Below, one piece after another: positions 7,657-16,279 of a DNA stretch of 32,000 bases. The position numbers and the translations under genes are program-made. Position 1 is the first letter of the stretch, and each line of letters starts with the position of its first letter. Source of the DNA: Pirellula staleyi DSM 6068 (GTDB lineage Bacteria > Planctomycetota > Planctomycetia > Pirellulales > Pirellulaceae); contig CP001848.1 in NCBI GenBank assembly GCA_000025185.1, forward strand, positions 1,140,001-1,172,000, written 5' to 3'. The notes under the pieces were generated by a model, which saw nothing but the letters and a program-made list of their open reading frames with translations, was not told the origin of the DNA and searched no databases.

Positions 7657-8334
7657 TTAGCTCGAAGCTGTTGCCTTTTTCTCGGACATACGATGATCAT
7701 CGGTACTTGGCTTCTGATCACTACGCTTTTCGTCAGCGGGCGATTGCTCCTCGCTCGGCTCACGAAAAAAGAAGGCGTGAAGTCCCAGCATGATGGCACC
7801 GGTCACTAGCAGCATGTCGGCAATGTTGAAGTTGGGCCAGGTGTACTGCTGGTAGCGAAAGAGAATCCAGTCGCGAACACCATGCTGAAAATCGGGGGCA
7901 AGTCCGGTCGAATCCCATAGCCCCAGTCGATCGTACAGATTGCCGAGGATGCCGCCGGTCACCATGCCGAGGGCCACATTCAGCCACCGATCGCGGGCTG
8001 CTTGAAAAACAAAGAGCCAAACGAAGATGCCGAGCATCGCCACCACCGAGAGTGACGCGAAAACCCAGCTGTAACCCGCTCCCATACCAAACAGAGCACC
8101 GCGGTTCACACTGGTCTCGATGCCGAAGAAGCCTTCGATGATCCACCACTCGTTGCTGGGCCGGGGCAATCCACGCCAGCGAAAGATCAGCTCTTTCGAA
8201 ACGAGATCGGTGGTGCAGCCCAGGATCGCTAGCCCGAAGTAGACCATGTAGGTCCGTAGCGAGAGAGCGTCGGCTGGAGGAGCAGCGAGCGGTGAAGAGG
8301 GTGTGTCGGCTGTCGCAGGCTTGCTGGCAGTCAC
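7657..8334 (-). CDS. lspA: Lipoprotein signal peptidase (signal peptidase II)
   Basis: The LspA motifs are present: DLVSK, NRGALFG, GGILGNLYDR and FNIADM. The GTG start at 8334 is uncertain. The C-terminal tail is charged. Confidence 0.85.
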   Translation of the reverse strand: MTASKPATADTPSSPLAAPPADALSLRTYMVYFGLAILGCTTDLVSKELIFRWRGLPRPSNEWWIIEGFFGIETSVNRGALFGMGAGYSWVFASLSVVAMLGIFVWLFVFQAARDRWLNVALGMVTGGILGNLYDRLGLWDSTGLAPDFQHGVRDWILFRYQQYTWPNFNIADMLLVTGAIMLGLHAFFFREPSEEQSPADEKRSDQKPSTDDHRMSEKKATASS

Positions 8335-8634
8335 GTCGCGGTAATCGGGAAGAGAGGAAGTCGCACGCTGAAGCAGTTGCCGAGAAGTTCTAGTACCACG
8401 AAATCGGTGTGCAGTTGGAAATCGAGTAGCAAGCTACCAGCACCAAGTGGGCTGGTATGTTGCGCAGTGAGGGAGTTTTTGGAACCGAGTCGCAGTGTGG
8501 TGGCACAACTGCTTCCTGGAACATGTTCCTTCTGCCAGCAATCGTCGATTGCCAGCATCGATTTCGGGGTAGCACAGATTCGTACTAGCAACGCTGCCGA
8601 GAACTAACTCGGGTGCGATTGGTCCCGAGAAGAT

Positions 8635-9006
8635 CTACCGAGGAGACGCTTTTTCCGCACATTTCACGCAGTGAGCCGTGTAAGGGAGCACTTCGAGACG
8701 TGCTTTCGGAATCTTGCAGCCGCATTCGGTGCAGACACCATACGCACCTGCCTCGATCCGTTCAAGAGCGGCTTCGATCTGCTCGAGCGTGCTACCGTCG
8801 TGTTCCATCAAGCTGAGGGTGAACTCTTGCTCGAAGTTGTCGGTACCCACGTCGGCCATGTGAATAGGCATGCTGGAAAGATCGCCGCTATTCTCGCTGC
8901 GAGTCTTTCCGAGTGCGGCATCGGCGAGGGCATTCACATCGCCACGCAAACGGGCTCGCAGGGTCAGTAGCAACTGCCGAAAATCCTTGGCCTCGGTCTT
9001 TTTCAT
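8635..9006 (-). CDS. DksA/TraR family C4-type zinc-finger protein
   Basis: It has a Cx2C-x17-Cx2C finger (CTECGCKIPKARLEVLPYTAHCVKC). The ATG at 9006 is preceded by GGAG. Its position upstream of lspA is a common arrangement. Confidence 0.8.
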   Translation of the reverse strand: MKKTEAKDFRQLLLTLRARLRGDVNALADAALGKTRSENSGDLSSMPIHMADVGTDNFEQEFTLSLMEHDGSTLEQIEAALERIEAGAYGVCTECGCKIPKARLEVLPYTAHCVKCAEKASPR

Positions 9007-9240
9007 CACCAAGCTCTCCACAGTCCGCACGCTTTCGCACGCTACATCCACACGCACAGAAAGCAAAATCAAAGTTAGCAGCCGCAGCAGCCTGCCACGG
9101 TGTGGGCACGCAAGGTAGCCTTGTTATGATAACTCGACTGGCGACAGAAAGTCAAACTTCGGCGAGCCAGAATATGGATTTTTTTGTTCACTATCGAGAG
9201 CCGCTACCTTTTTTAGCCTCGCGCAACGGAGTGCCCGCTC

Positions 9241-9693
9241 ATGCCCCCCACCCTGCTCTTCCTGTGCACGGGAAACTACTATCGCAGCCGACTTTCCGAA
9301 CTCTATTTCAGGCACCACTTCAGCTTGCTGGGGATCGATTGGCAACTCGACAGCTGTGGACTGGCGATCGACGGTCGCAACCCGGGCCCGATCTCGCGCG
9401 ATACGGTCCGCTGGCTGAGTGCCATGCAGATCCCGCTACCTAGCGAGCACCGCTGGCCGCGCGACCTCACCACCCGCGACCTCGAGCAAGCGACTCGTGT
9501 GATCGCTATGAAAGAGGCCGAGCATCGACCTTTGATGCGTCTGCGTTTTCCCGACTTCGAGCACAAAGTGGAGTATTGGCATATCGACGATCAGGATGTC
9601 GCGACACCTGCGGAGGCGCTGCCGCTGCTCGTCGCGCGTCTCGATGCACTGCTACAAGAGTTTGCCTCCGCTAAGCAAAATCCCCACGACTGA
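9241..9693 (+). CDS. Low-molecular-weight phosphotyrosine phosphatase / arsenate reductase family protein
   Basis: The N-terminal P-loop is CX5R(S): LLFLCTGNYYRS. Length is 150 aa, with an acidic DD motif near the C-terminus (WHIDDQD). Confidence 0.75.
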   Translation: MPPTLLFLCTGNYYRSRLSELYFRHHFSLLGIDWQLDSCGLAIDGRNPGPISRDTVRWLSAMQIPLPSEHRWPRDLTTRDLEQATRVIAMKEAEHRPLMRLRFPDFEHKVEYWHIDDQDVATPAEALPLLVARLDALLQEFASAKQNPHD

Positions 9694-9794
9694 TGGCTGC
9701 CGCGCAAGCGCTCGAAAGCTTGCATCGGCTCGCGCGGCGTGCTGAGATACGAGATTGAACTGGTCCGAGCCCACCTTCCACCGGAAACCTCTCC

Positions 9795-12700
9795 ATGCTT
9801 CCTGTGCTTCCGCATCACTCGCGCCCCCTCGCGCTGGCACTTGCACTGCTCGCGACGCTGGTCAGCAGCAGCTTGCTCGCACAAGATCCGTTTGCCCTCG
9901 GCGTGCGCGAAACCCCGTGGCTCCCTCCAGCCGATCAGCAAAAGGCCTTTAAGCTTCCCGATGGGTTTTCGATTAACCTCGTCGCCGCCGAGCCGCAAAT
10001 TCAAAAGCCGCTGAACATGGCGTTCGACGTGCGGGGGCGCATCTGGCTCACCGATTCGGTCGAATATCCCTACGCTGCGCCGCTTGATAAGCCGGGGCGC
10101 GACACCGTCAAGATCCTCGAAGATGTCGACCGCGATGGCCACTACGAAAAAGTGACCACCTTTGCCGATGGACTCAACATTCCGATCGGAATCTATCCAC
10201 ATGCCAAGGGATGCATCGTTTACAGCATCCCCAACGTCTGGCTCCTGGAAGATACCGACGGCGACGACAAGTGCGATAAGCGAACGATTCTCTACGGCCC
10301 TTTCGATCACACACGCGATACGCACGGCATGGTGAATGCCATGCGTCGCGGCTTCGATGGCTGGCTCTATGCCTGCCACGGCTTCAACAATCAGAGCAAA
10401 GTGCAAGGTTCCGATGGTCACCCAATCGAGATGAACTCGGGCAACACATTTCGGATGCGACTCGACGGCTCGCGCGTCGAGAACTTCACGTTTGGCCAAG
10501 TGAATCCGTTCGGCATGGCGATCAACAATCACTTTCAGCTCTTCACCGCCGACTGCCACAGTAAGCCACTCTACGCCCTGATTCCTGGCGGATCGTATCC
10601 CAGTTTTGGTCGTCCGCACGATGGTCTTGGATTCGTTCCCGAAGTGATGACGCACCTGCATGGCAGCACCGCGATTTGCGGCGTCACGCTGGTGACAGGA
10701 GACGTTTTTCCCGAGGAATTTCAGGGAAAAGTGCTCAGCGGCAACGTGATGACGAGCCGTATCAACTGCAACATGCTCGAGAGTCATGGCAGCACCATCA
10801 AAGCGGTGGAGCAGCCTGATTTTCTTTCGACCACCGACCCTTGGTTTCGTCCGGTCGATGTGCAGATGGGGCCCGATGGTGCGCTTTATATTTTGGACTT
10901 CTACAACCGGATTATTGGCCACTATGAAGTGCCGCTTACGCATCCCGGGCGCGATCGGACGAGTGGTCGCATCTGGCGCGTGACTTACACCAAAAACTCT
11001 CCCAAGGTTCCCGCAGCGGTTGATCTGACACAGCTCCCTGCTGCGGAACTTCTGGAAGCTTGCAATCATCCCGTGATCGCGCAGCGACTACTGGCGCTCC
11101 ATCAGCTGAGCGACGTGGTCTATCCCCAGCAAACCGAAGCTGTGCAGCAGTTATGGCGCGCCGATCTCGCGCCGCGCAGTCTCATCGCGCTGGCCTGGAC
11201 ACTCGCGCGCCACGACGCGCTCGCTGCCGACAAGCTGGCGAAACTCGCCGCGCACGACCAGAGCGAAGTTCGCACGCACGCGATGCGAATCGCCGGTTTT
11301 CTCGGGAAAAAGCAGCAAGATTCGTCCATTCCGCTCGTGTCGAAAGGAATCGGCGACACCGACGGCCACGTGCGACTCGCCGCGCTCGAAGCGGCTGCCA
11401 AGTTCGATAGTCGCGAGCTAATGACGCAGATTTCCGAGACGTTTTCGAAACCGACCGACGATGTTTTCGCATTACAAGCTGCCAAGATCGCGCTCCGCGA
11501 TCAGCTAGCGCGACTTTCGACTCCATCGAGCAACGACTGGCAATACGTAGGCATCCTTAAGTCCAAAATCGTCGCGAGCGCTGTCCCTGCGGTGAAGAAC
11601 GAGCTGGGTGGCAATCTCGCAGCCGAACTGTTCAAACTCGATCACGACCTGCACCCTACCGACTGGCAAGTGCTGGCCGAACATGCCGCGCGCTACGCGA
11701 GTGAAACCAAGCGCGCGACTTTGCTCGCCGATATCGATGCGCTCGCCAAGCGAAAACAGTTGCCGCTGCACACACTCATGCAAGCGGTCGCGCGTGGGGC
11801 CCAGCAGCGCGGCGGCGGTGTTCCTCCTGTATGGATCGAGCATCTCACCAAGCTGATGGCTACGACACTGACCATCAACGACGATACGCCTCTTGGCTGG
11901 AACTGCTTTACGCTCGATGGTCAGCCGATCACTCCGATGATCTGGGAAGCGAACTGGCGCAAAGCGACCGACGAAGACAGCTATTTGATGTACACCAGTT
12001 TGCCAGCTGGCGAACAGCGGACCAGCATGCTTCGTAGCGATCCGTTCAAAATTCCCGAAGAACTGAGCTTCTGGAGCTGTGGTCACGTCGGTTTCACGGG
12101 AGCCCCGAGCAATCATAAAAACAAGATTCGTCTGGTAGATGCTGCCACGGGCGAGATGCTGATCGAGTCGGAACCACCGCGCAACGACATTGCGCATCGC
12201 ATCGTGTGGGACCTAAAAAAGTTCGCTGGCCGACCTGGAAAGATCGAACTGGTCGACAGCGACGACGGCACGGGCTATGCCTGGATTGCGGCGGGCCATT
12301 TCTCGCTGAAGACGCTTAACGTTAGCGACTGGGAAGCAGCCGCCACGACAGCGCTCGAGTTAGTCAAGACTTGGAAACTTCGCGATGCACAGCCGGCGAT
12401 TGTCGCGCTCGTTTCGTCGTCGCGCGCTCCTTCGGGGCTACGCCGTACAGCAGCCGAAACACTCGCGTCGCTCGAAGGCTCTGCGATCGTTTCCGCTTTG
12501 GCAGGGAGCCTGATTTTTGATCTTCCTGAAGCGCTTCGCAGCGAGGTTTCGGCTGCCATCACCAGCACCAGCGCAGAAGCGCGCGAGAAGTCACTCGCGC
12601 TGTTGCTTTCACGCCTCGCATCGCGCGAACAAGAGCGGGTGACGCAGCTGCTCGCAACCGATGCTGCTGGCACGGCCCTCTTCACACAGCTTATCGAGCG

Positions 12701-13301
12701 CGGCATTCTTCCCGCACGACTTCTTGCGGTCCGGACCATCGAGCAATCGGCCATGGCATCAGCCACGAAAAACGATGCTGAGAAACTGACGGCGATCAAA
12801 GCAGCGCTTCCAGCGGAGGCGGCGAACCTCGATCAGCTAATCGAGGAAAAGCAAAAAACAATTGCTTCGCTCACAGCGGATCTAGCACGCGGCCAGCAAA
12901 TCTTCACCAAGAGCTGCGCCAACTGTCATCAAGTTGCTGGAGCGGGTGCGATTGTCGGTCCTCAGCTCGACGGCATTGGCCTGCGCGGTCGTCAGCGGCT
13001 GCTGGAAGATATGCTCGACCCTCATCGCAACGTCGATGTTGCCTTCCGCACCACCACGCTCCTGCTCGACGACGGCCGCGTCATCACTGGCCTCGTGCGA
13101 CGGGAAGAAGGGGCCACACTAGTTCTGGCCGATCCCCAAGGTAAAGAACAGTTCGTGGAGAAAGCCTCGATCGAACAGCGCAAGCAAACCCCTCTCTCGC
13201 TGATGCCCGAAAACATCGCCCGCGAACTCCCCTCCGAAGATCTCGCCCACCTCGTCGCCTGGCTCATCGCTCAAAAGCAGGCCAAAGAACCCATGCCTTA
13301 G
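9795..13301 (+). CDS. PVC-type heme-binding CxxCH protein (membrane-bound dehydrogenase-like N-domain, HEAT-like middle, cytochrome c C-domain)
   Basis: It has a signal peptide. The N-terminal LPDGFSINLVAAEPQIQKPLNMAFDVRGRIWL is typical of the Pirellula/Verrucomicrobium dehydrogenase-like domain. The C-terminal FTKSCANCHQVAGAG...GPQLDGIG is the matching heme-binding domain. Confidence 0.85.
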   Translation: MLPVLPHHSRPLALALALLATLVSSSLLAQDPFALGVRETPWLPPADQQKAFKLPDGFSINLVAAEPQIQKPLNMAFDVRGRIWLTDSVEYPYAAPLDKPGRDTVKILEDVDRDGHYEKVTTFADGLNIPIGIYPHAKGCIVYSIPNVWLLEDTDGDDKCDKRTILYGPFDHTRDTHGMVNAMRRGFDGWLYACHGFNNQSKVQGSDGHPIEMNSGNTFRMRLDGSRVENFTFGQVNPFGMAINNHFQLFTADCHSKPLYALIPGGSYPSFGRPHDGLGFVPEVMTHLHGSTAICGVTLVTGDVFPEEFQGKVLSGNVMTSRINCNMLESHGSTIKAVEQPDFLSTTDPWFRPVDVQMGPDGALYILDFYNRIIGHYEVPLTHPGRDRTSGRIWRVTYTKNSPKVPAAVDLTQLPAAELLEACNHPVIAQRLLALHQLSDVVYPQQTEAVQQLWRADLAPRSLIALAWTLARHDALAADKLAKLAAHDQSEVRTHAMRIAGFLGKKQQDSSIPLVSKGIGDTDGHVRLAALEAAAKFDSRELMTQISETFSKPTDDVFALQAAKIALRDQLARLSTPSSNDWQYVGILKSKIVASAVPAVKNELGGNLAAELFKLDHDLHPTDWQVLAEHAARYASETKRATLLADIDALAKRKQLPLHTLMQAVARGAQQRGGGVPPVWIEHLTKLMATTLTINDDTPLGWNCFTLDGQPITPMIWEANWRKATDEDSYLMYTSLPAGEQRTSMLRSDPFKIPEELSFWSCGHVGFTGAPSNHKNKIRLVDAATGEMLIESEPPRNDIAHRIVWDLKKFAGRPGKIELVDSDDGTGYAWIAAGHFSLKTLNVSDWEAAATTALELVKTWKLRDAQPAIVALVSSSRAPSGLRRTAAETLASLEGSAIVSALAGSLIFDLPEALRSEVSAAITSTSAEAREKSLALLLSRLASREQERVTQLLATDAAGTALFTQLIERGILPARLLAVRTIEQSAMASATKNDAEKLTAIKAALPAEAANLDQLIEEKQKTIASLTADLARGQQIFTKSCANCHQVAGAGAIVGPQLDGIGLRGRQRLLEDMLDPHRNVDVAFRTTTLLLDDGRVITGLVRREEGATLVLADPQGKEQFVEKASIEQRKQTPLSLMPENIARELPSEDLAHLVAWLIAQKQAKEPMP

Positions 13302-13428
13302 AAGCCGCTTGAGGGAACCGAGAAGGAAACCAATTTCCAGCAAATGAACGGCTTTACAGGCGGTGCCGGTAACGGATCGATGCAGGCTACAAGTTAGTCT
13401 GCTTTCAAGCGGTGGCGAACTGAAGAGA

Positions 13429-13626
13429 CTACTGGACGTCGCGATGCGACTGGCGTTTGGCGAGATTAGTTGCCAGTTCAGCGGCGGCTTGATCGGGAGT
13501 TAGCTCGACGATCTTACCATCGCGCCAGATCACTATCTCCGTGTGTGACTGTCTCGCACGCTCAATGACGGTTTGACAGGCGATCTTAAACGCTGCGTCG
13601 GCTTTTTCGATCAGTGAGTCACTCAT
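13429..13626 (-). CDS. Small hypothetical protein (65 aa)
   Basis: It has an ATG start and host-like codon usage, and lies 59 nt downstream of the PIN-TRAM gene on the same strand. I recognise no family. Confidence 0.45.
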   Translation of the reverse strand: MSDSLIEKADAAFKIACQTVIERARQSHTEIVIWRDGKIVELTPDQAAAELATNLAKRQSHRDVQ

Positions 13627-13685
13627 GTAGTCCTGGCAGGCGGGAGCCTGCCCTACAAGAAATGCGCGAGGGAGAGGTGGGCAGA

Positions 13686-14726
13686 TTAAGCGTTGCTGGT
13701 GGGGGCGAAGCGGCCGAAGATCATGCGACCGGCGGAGGTTTGCAGCACACTGGTGACGCTGACGAGAATCTCTTTGCCGATATGGTCGCGCCCTTGTTCG
13801 ACCACGATCATGGTGCCGTCGTCGAGGTAGCCGACCCCTTGGCCCATCGCTTCGCCCGGTTTGACGATCTTGACCATGAAGGTTTCGCCCGGCAAGAAGA
13901 CCGGTTTAAGGCTGTTCGCAATGTCGTTGAGATTGATCACTTGCACATTGTGCAGCCGAGCGACTTTGTTGAGGTTGTAGTCGCCGGTGACGATCTTCCC
14001 CTCTAAGTGCTTGGCCAAAAGGACCAGCTTCATGTCGACCGCTTGTCCAGCCATCTCGGGGAGTTCGCGATCGTACATCTTCAGATCGACCGATTCGTTG
14101 CTGCGAAGTCGGTTGAGAATATCGAGTCCACGACGACCGCGAGCGCGGCGGAGCTTATCGCTCGAGTCGGCAATCCCTTGCAGTTCGCTCAGAACAAAGC
14201 GCGGCATGATCAGCTGATTATCGAGGACGTTGGTCTCGACCAAGTCGGCGATACGTCCATCGATCACCACACTGGTGTCGAGCACATATGGCTTAAGCCC
14301 CTTCACTTCCTTCGCAAATTCGACGTAAGGAATGATGAAGCGGAAGTCGTCTTTGGTTTGAATCAAAACGGTGATGCAGGTGTAGGAGAGAACCATCCCC
14401 AGAATCAGCTGCACGCCGGTCCGGATATCTTGGATGTACTTGCCGGTGGCACCCACTTCGAGCAGCGGCGAAAGGGCCAGCATGAAGATGTAGGTGAGGA
14501 GCACGCCGACGAGGAGGCCGAAGTAGACAGCGGAAATGACTTCGATTTGCTTGCGGGGGATGAAGACGTCGAGCGTGATGACGCCACTGGCCAGCAGCAA
14601 GATGCTGCCAAACAGCGCCCAGGGCAAGAGTGGCGAGCCTGCTTGTTCGTTGGAAAAACGGACAAAGAGCGTGGCAACGCCAACCGCCACGACCATGAAC
14701 ACGCAGCGGAGAATGAGCAGTGGCAT
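13686..14726 (-). CDS. Membrane-anchored PIN and TRAM domain protein (YacL-like)
   Basis: Several N-terminal TM helices are followed by a PIN-like core (YVLDTSVVIDGRI...TGDYNLNKVA) and a C-terminal TRAM-like beta domain (GETFMVKIVKPGEAMGQGVGYLDDGTMIVVEQG). Confidence 0.75.
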   Translation of the reverse strand: MPLLILRCVFMVVAVGVATLFVRFSNEQAGSPLLPWALFGSILLLASGVITLDVFIPRKQIEVISAVYFGLLVGVLLTYIFMLALSPLLEVGATGKYIQDIRTGVQLILGMVLSYTCITVLIQTKDDFRFIIPYVEFAKEVKGLKPYVLDTSVVIDGRIADLVETNVLDNQLIMPRFVLSELQGIADSSDKLRRARGRRGLDILNRLRSNESVDLKMYDRELPEMAGQAVDMKLVLLAKHLEGKIVTGDYNLNKVARLHNVQVINLNDIANSLKPVFLPGETFMVKIVKPGEAMGQGVGYLDDGTMIVVEQGRDHIGKEILVSVTSVLQTSAGRMIFGRFAPTSNA

Positions 14727-15050
14727 CGGCAGACTTGGATGTTAGTTGACGGAACGCGGCCAGCAGTGCGCGGGCGAGCGGCAATGCTGGGAGGTGGGAT
14801 GGAAGCGTGGCGGGGACCGAACGAGCATGCACTCGCTTCGGTGGCAGGCTATCGCGAAACAACGCAACAGCTGCTGATGAAAAAAGTGACCCTCCAACCG
14901 CTTCCGGGCGATTGTCGTGTCGACCTTTTGGTCCTGAATGCCTGCTTCTCTCTGGTGGAGAGAGTATAGCATACGTCGGTGGAGCGCCGACTACCCCCAG
15001 ATTCAGCGAGAAGCCGGGAAGTTACACGCCCCTTAAGGTACTGAAGATCG

Positions 15051-16184
15051 CTAGCTGGCCCCCGCAAACGACTGATGGAACGTCTGGTCGCAGAAGCGGT
15101 CAGTCATCCCTGCCAGGTAGTCGCCGATGCTGCGGGGGAGCCCCACCTGCTCGGCGCGAACGCGAAACCGCTCGGGAAGTAGGTCGACCCGCTCTAAATA
15201 GCCGTGAAACATCGCGCGGAGTCGTTGCTGTGCGAGAGACCGCACCACAACGAGCTTGGGATGACGATAGACGCGCTCGTAGAGGAACTTTTCGAGCTCC
15301 TTTTTCTTCTCCGATAATTCTTGCGACGGAGCGATCAGCAGCCCTAGGCGGCGGGCTTCAGCAGCGGAGGCTGGCGCTCGCTCGACGAGTGTTTTCGAAG
15401 TAGTTTCGAGCAAATCGGTGACTTGGCGATAGAGCAATTCGTGCACCACCGCTTTGCGGAGGACATCGGCATTCATGTCGACATAGCGGCTCTTCACGGT
15501 GGCCATCGCTTCGCGCACGAGGGTGCACTCGAGCAAGTCGTCGATCGTTACGAGTCCGAGCTTCACCGCATCGTCGCTGTCGTGCGCGTCGTAGGTCATG
15601 CTGTCAGCCGCTTCGACCACTTGCACTTCGAGGAGTGGCCCATCGACCTGGTTGGCAGCAGCCGACTTATCGACGCGCGTCTGTTGTCCTTCGAGGACTT
15701 CATAGGTGAGGTTTAGCCCGGGAAAGCGGGGATAGCGTCCCTCGAGCTGCTCGGCGATCACCAGCGCATTGTGGTTGTGCGAGAAGCCCCCTTCAGCAGC
15801 CAGGCATTCATCGAGTGCATCTTCTCCGGCATGACCGAACGGTGGATGGCCGATGTCATGAAACAGCGCGAGCGCCTCGACGAGATCTTCGTTCAAGCGC
15901 AGCGCGCGGGCCACGGTGCGTGCGAGGCTCGAAACCTCGTGGGTGTGGGTCAGCCGCGTTCGGTGATAGTCTCCCATGTCGCCGGTGAAGACCTGCATCT
16001 TGCCACTCAAGCGCCGAAACGCGCTGCAGTGGACAATGCGATCGCGATCGCGCTGAAACGCGCCACGGTAGGGAACCGCTTCCTCGGGATACTTTCGTCC
16101 GCGCGATTGATGGCTCGCCAAAGCATAGGGAGCGAGAAACGAGGTCTCGCGCTCAAGTGTCGATTGCAGCAGAGAATTGGTCAT
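15051..16184 (-). CDS. dgt: Deoxyguanosinetriphosphate triphosphohydrolase-like HD-domain protein
   Basis: The motifs FQRDRDRIVHCSAFRRLSGKMQVF, RLTHTHEV and HDIGHPPFGH are present. I take the start at the ATG at 16184 (MTNSLLQS); an alternative ATG lies at 16256. The longer track ORF runs into the ABC gene in another frame. Confidence 0.8.
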   Translation of the reverse strand: MTNSLLQSTLERETSFLAPYALASHQSRGRKYPEEAVPYRGAFQRDRDRIVHCSAFRRLSGKMQVFTGDMGDYHRTRLTHTHEVSSLARTVARALRLNEDLVEALALFHDIGHPPFGHAGEDALDECLAAEGGFSHNHNALVIAEQLEGRYPRFPGLNLTYEVLEGQQTRVDKSAAANQVDGPLLEVQVVEAADSMTYDAHDSDDAVKLGLVTIDDLLECTLVREAMATVKSRYVDMNADVLRKAVVHELLYRQVTDLLETTSKTLVERAPASAAEARRLGLLIAPSQELSEKKKELEKFLYERVYRHPKLVVVRSLAQQRLRAMFHGYLERVDLLPERFRVRAEQVGLPRSIGDYLAGMTDRFCDQTFHQSFAGAS

Positions 16185-16279
16185 AATCCCAGGGAAATCA
16201 GGCAGATCGTAAGGGGCGTCGAAGAGCGAATCACAAGGCCAACTGGCGAAACACATTACCGCTGGCCGAATAACATAGC

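Noticed and set aside
8501-8516. A TGGCAC-containing sequence resembling a sigma-54 -24 element.
   Set aside because: The GG-to-GC spacing is wrong (GG-N8-GC rather than GG-N10-GC). It also points along the plus strand, where no gene follows.
8335-8634. Possible SRP-like or other known ncRNA in the dksA-lspA spacer. The minus strand contains CCAGGAAGCAG.
   Set aside because: Only a short partial match to the SRP domain IV motif is present. I could not build the conserved helix or tetraloop by eye. The spacer is kept only as a low-interest finding.
9591-11069. A 492-aa ORF on the minus strand.
   Set aside because: It lies antisense to the well-supported PVC heme-protein gene. The sequence is low-complexity and Arg/Ala/Gly-rich, typical of shadow ORFs in GC-rich DNA, and carries no motif.
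14007-14969. A 320-aa ORF on the plus strand. Similar shadow ORFs occur at 17021-17956, 21642-22511, 27154-27936, 470-1048 and 1619-2305.
   Set aside because: Each is antisense to a gene with clear family motifs. Their compositions are biased (Arg/His/Asp-rich), and none has an RBS or recognisable domain.
15051-16184. The dGTPase-like gene as a possible anti-phage dNTP-depletion defence gene.
   Set aside because: Its size, motifs and housekeeping neighbourhood fit the common chromosomal Dgt-like enzyme. There are no defence-island neighbours. The question cannot be settled without phylogeny.
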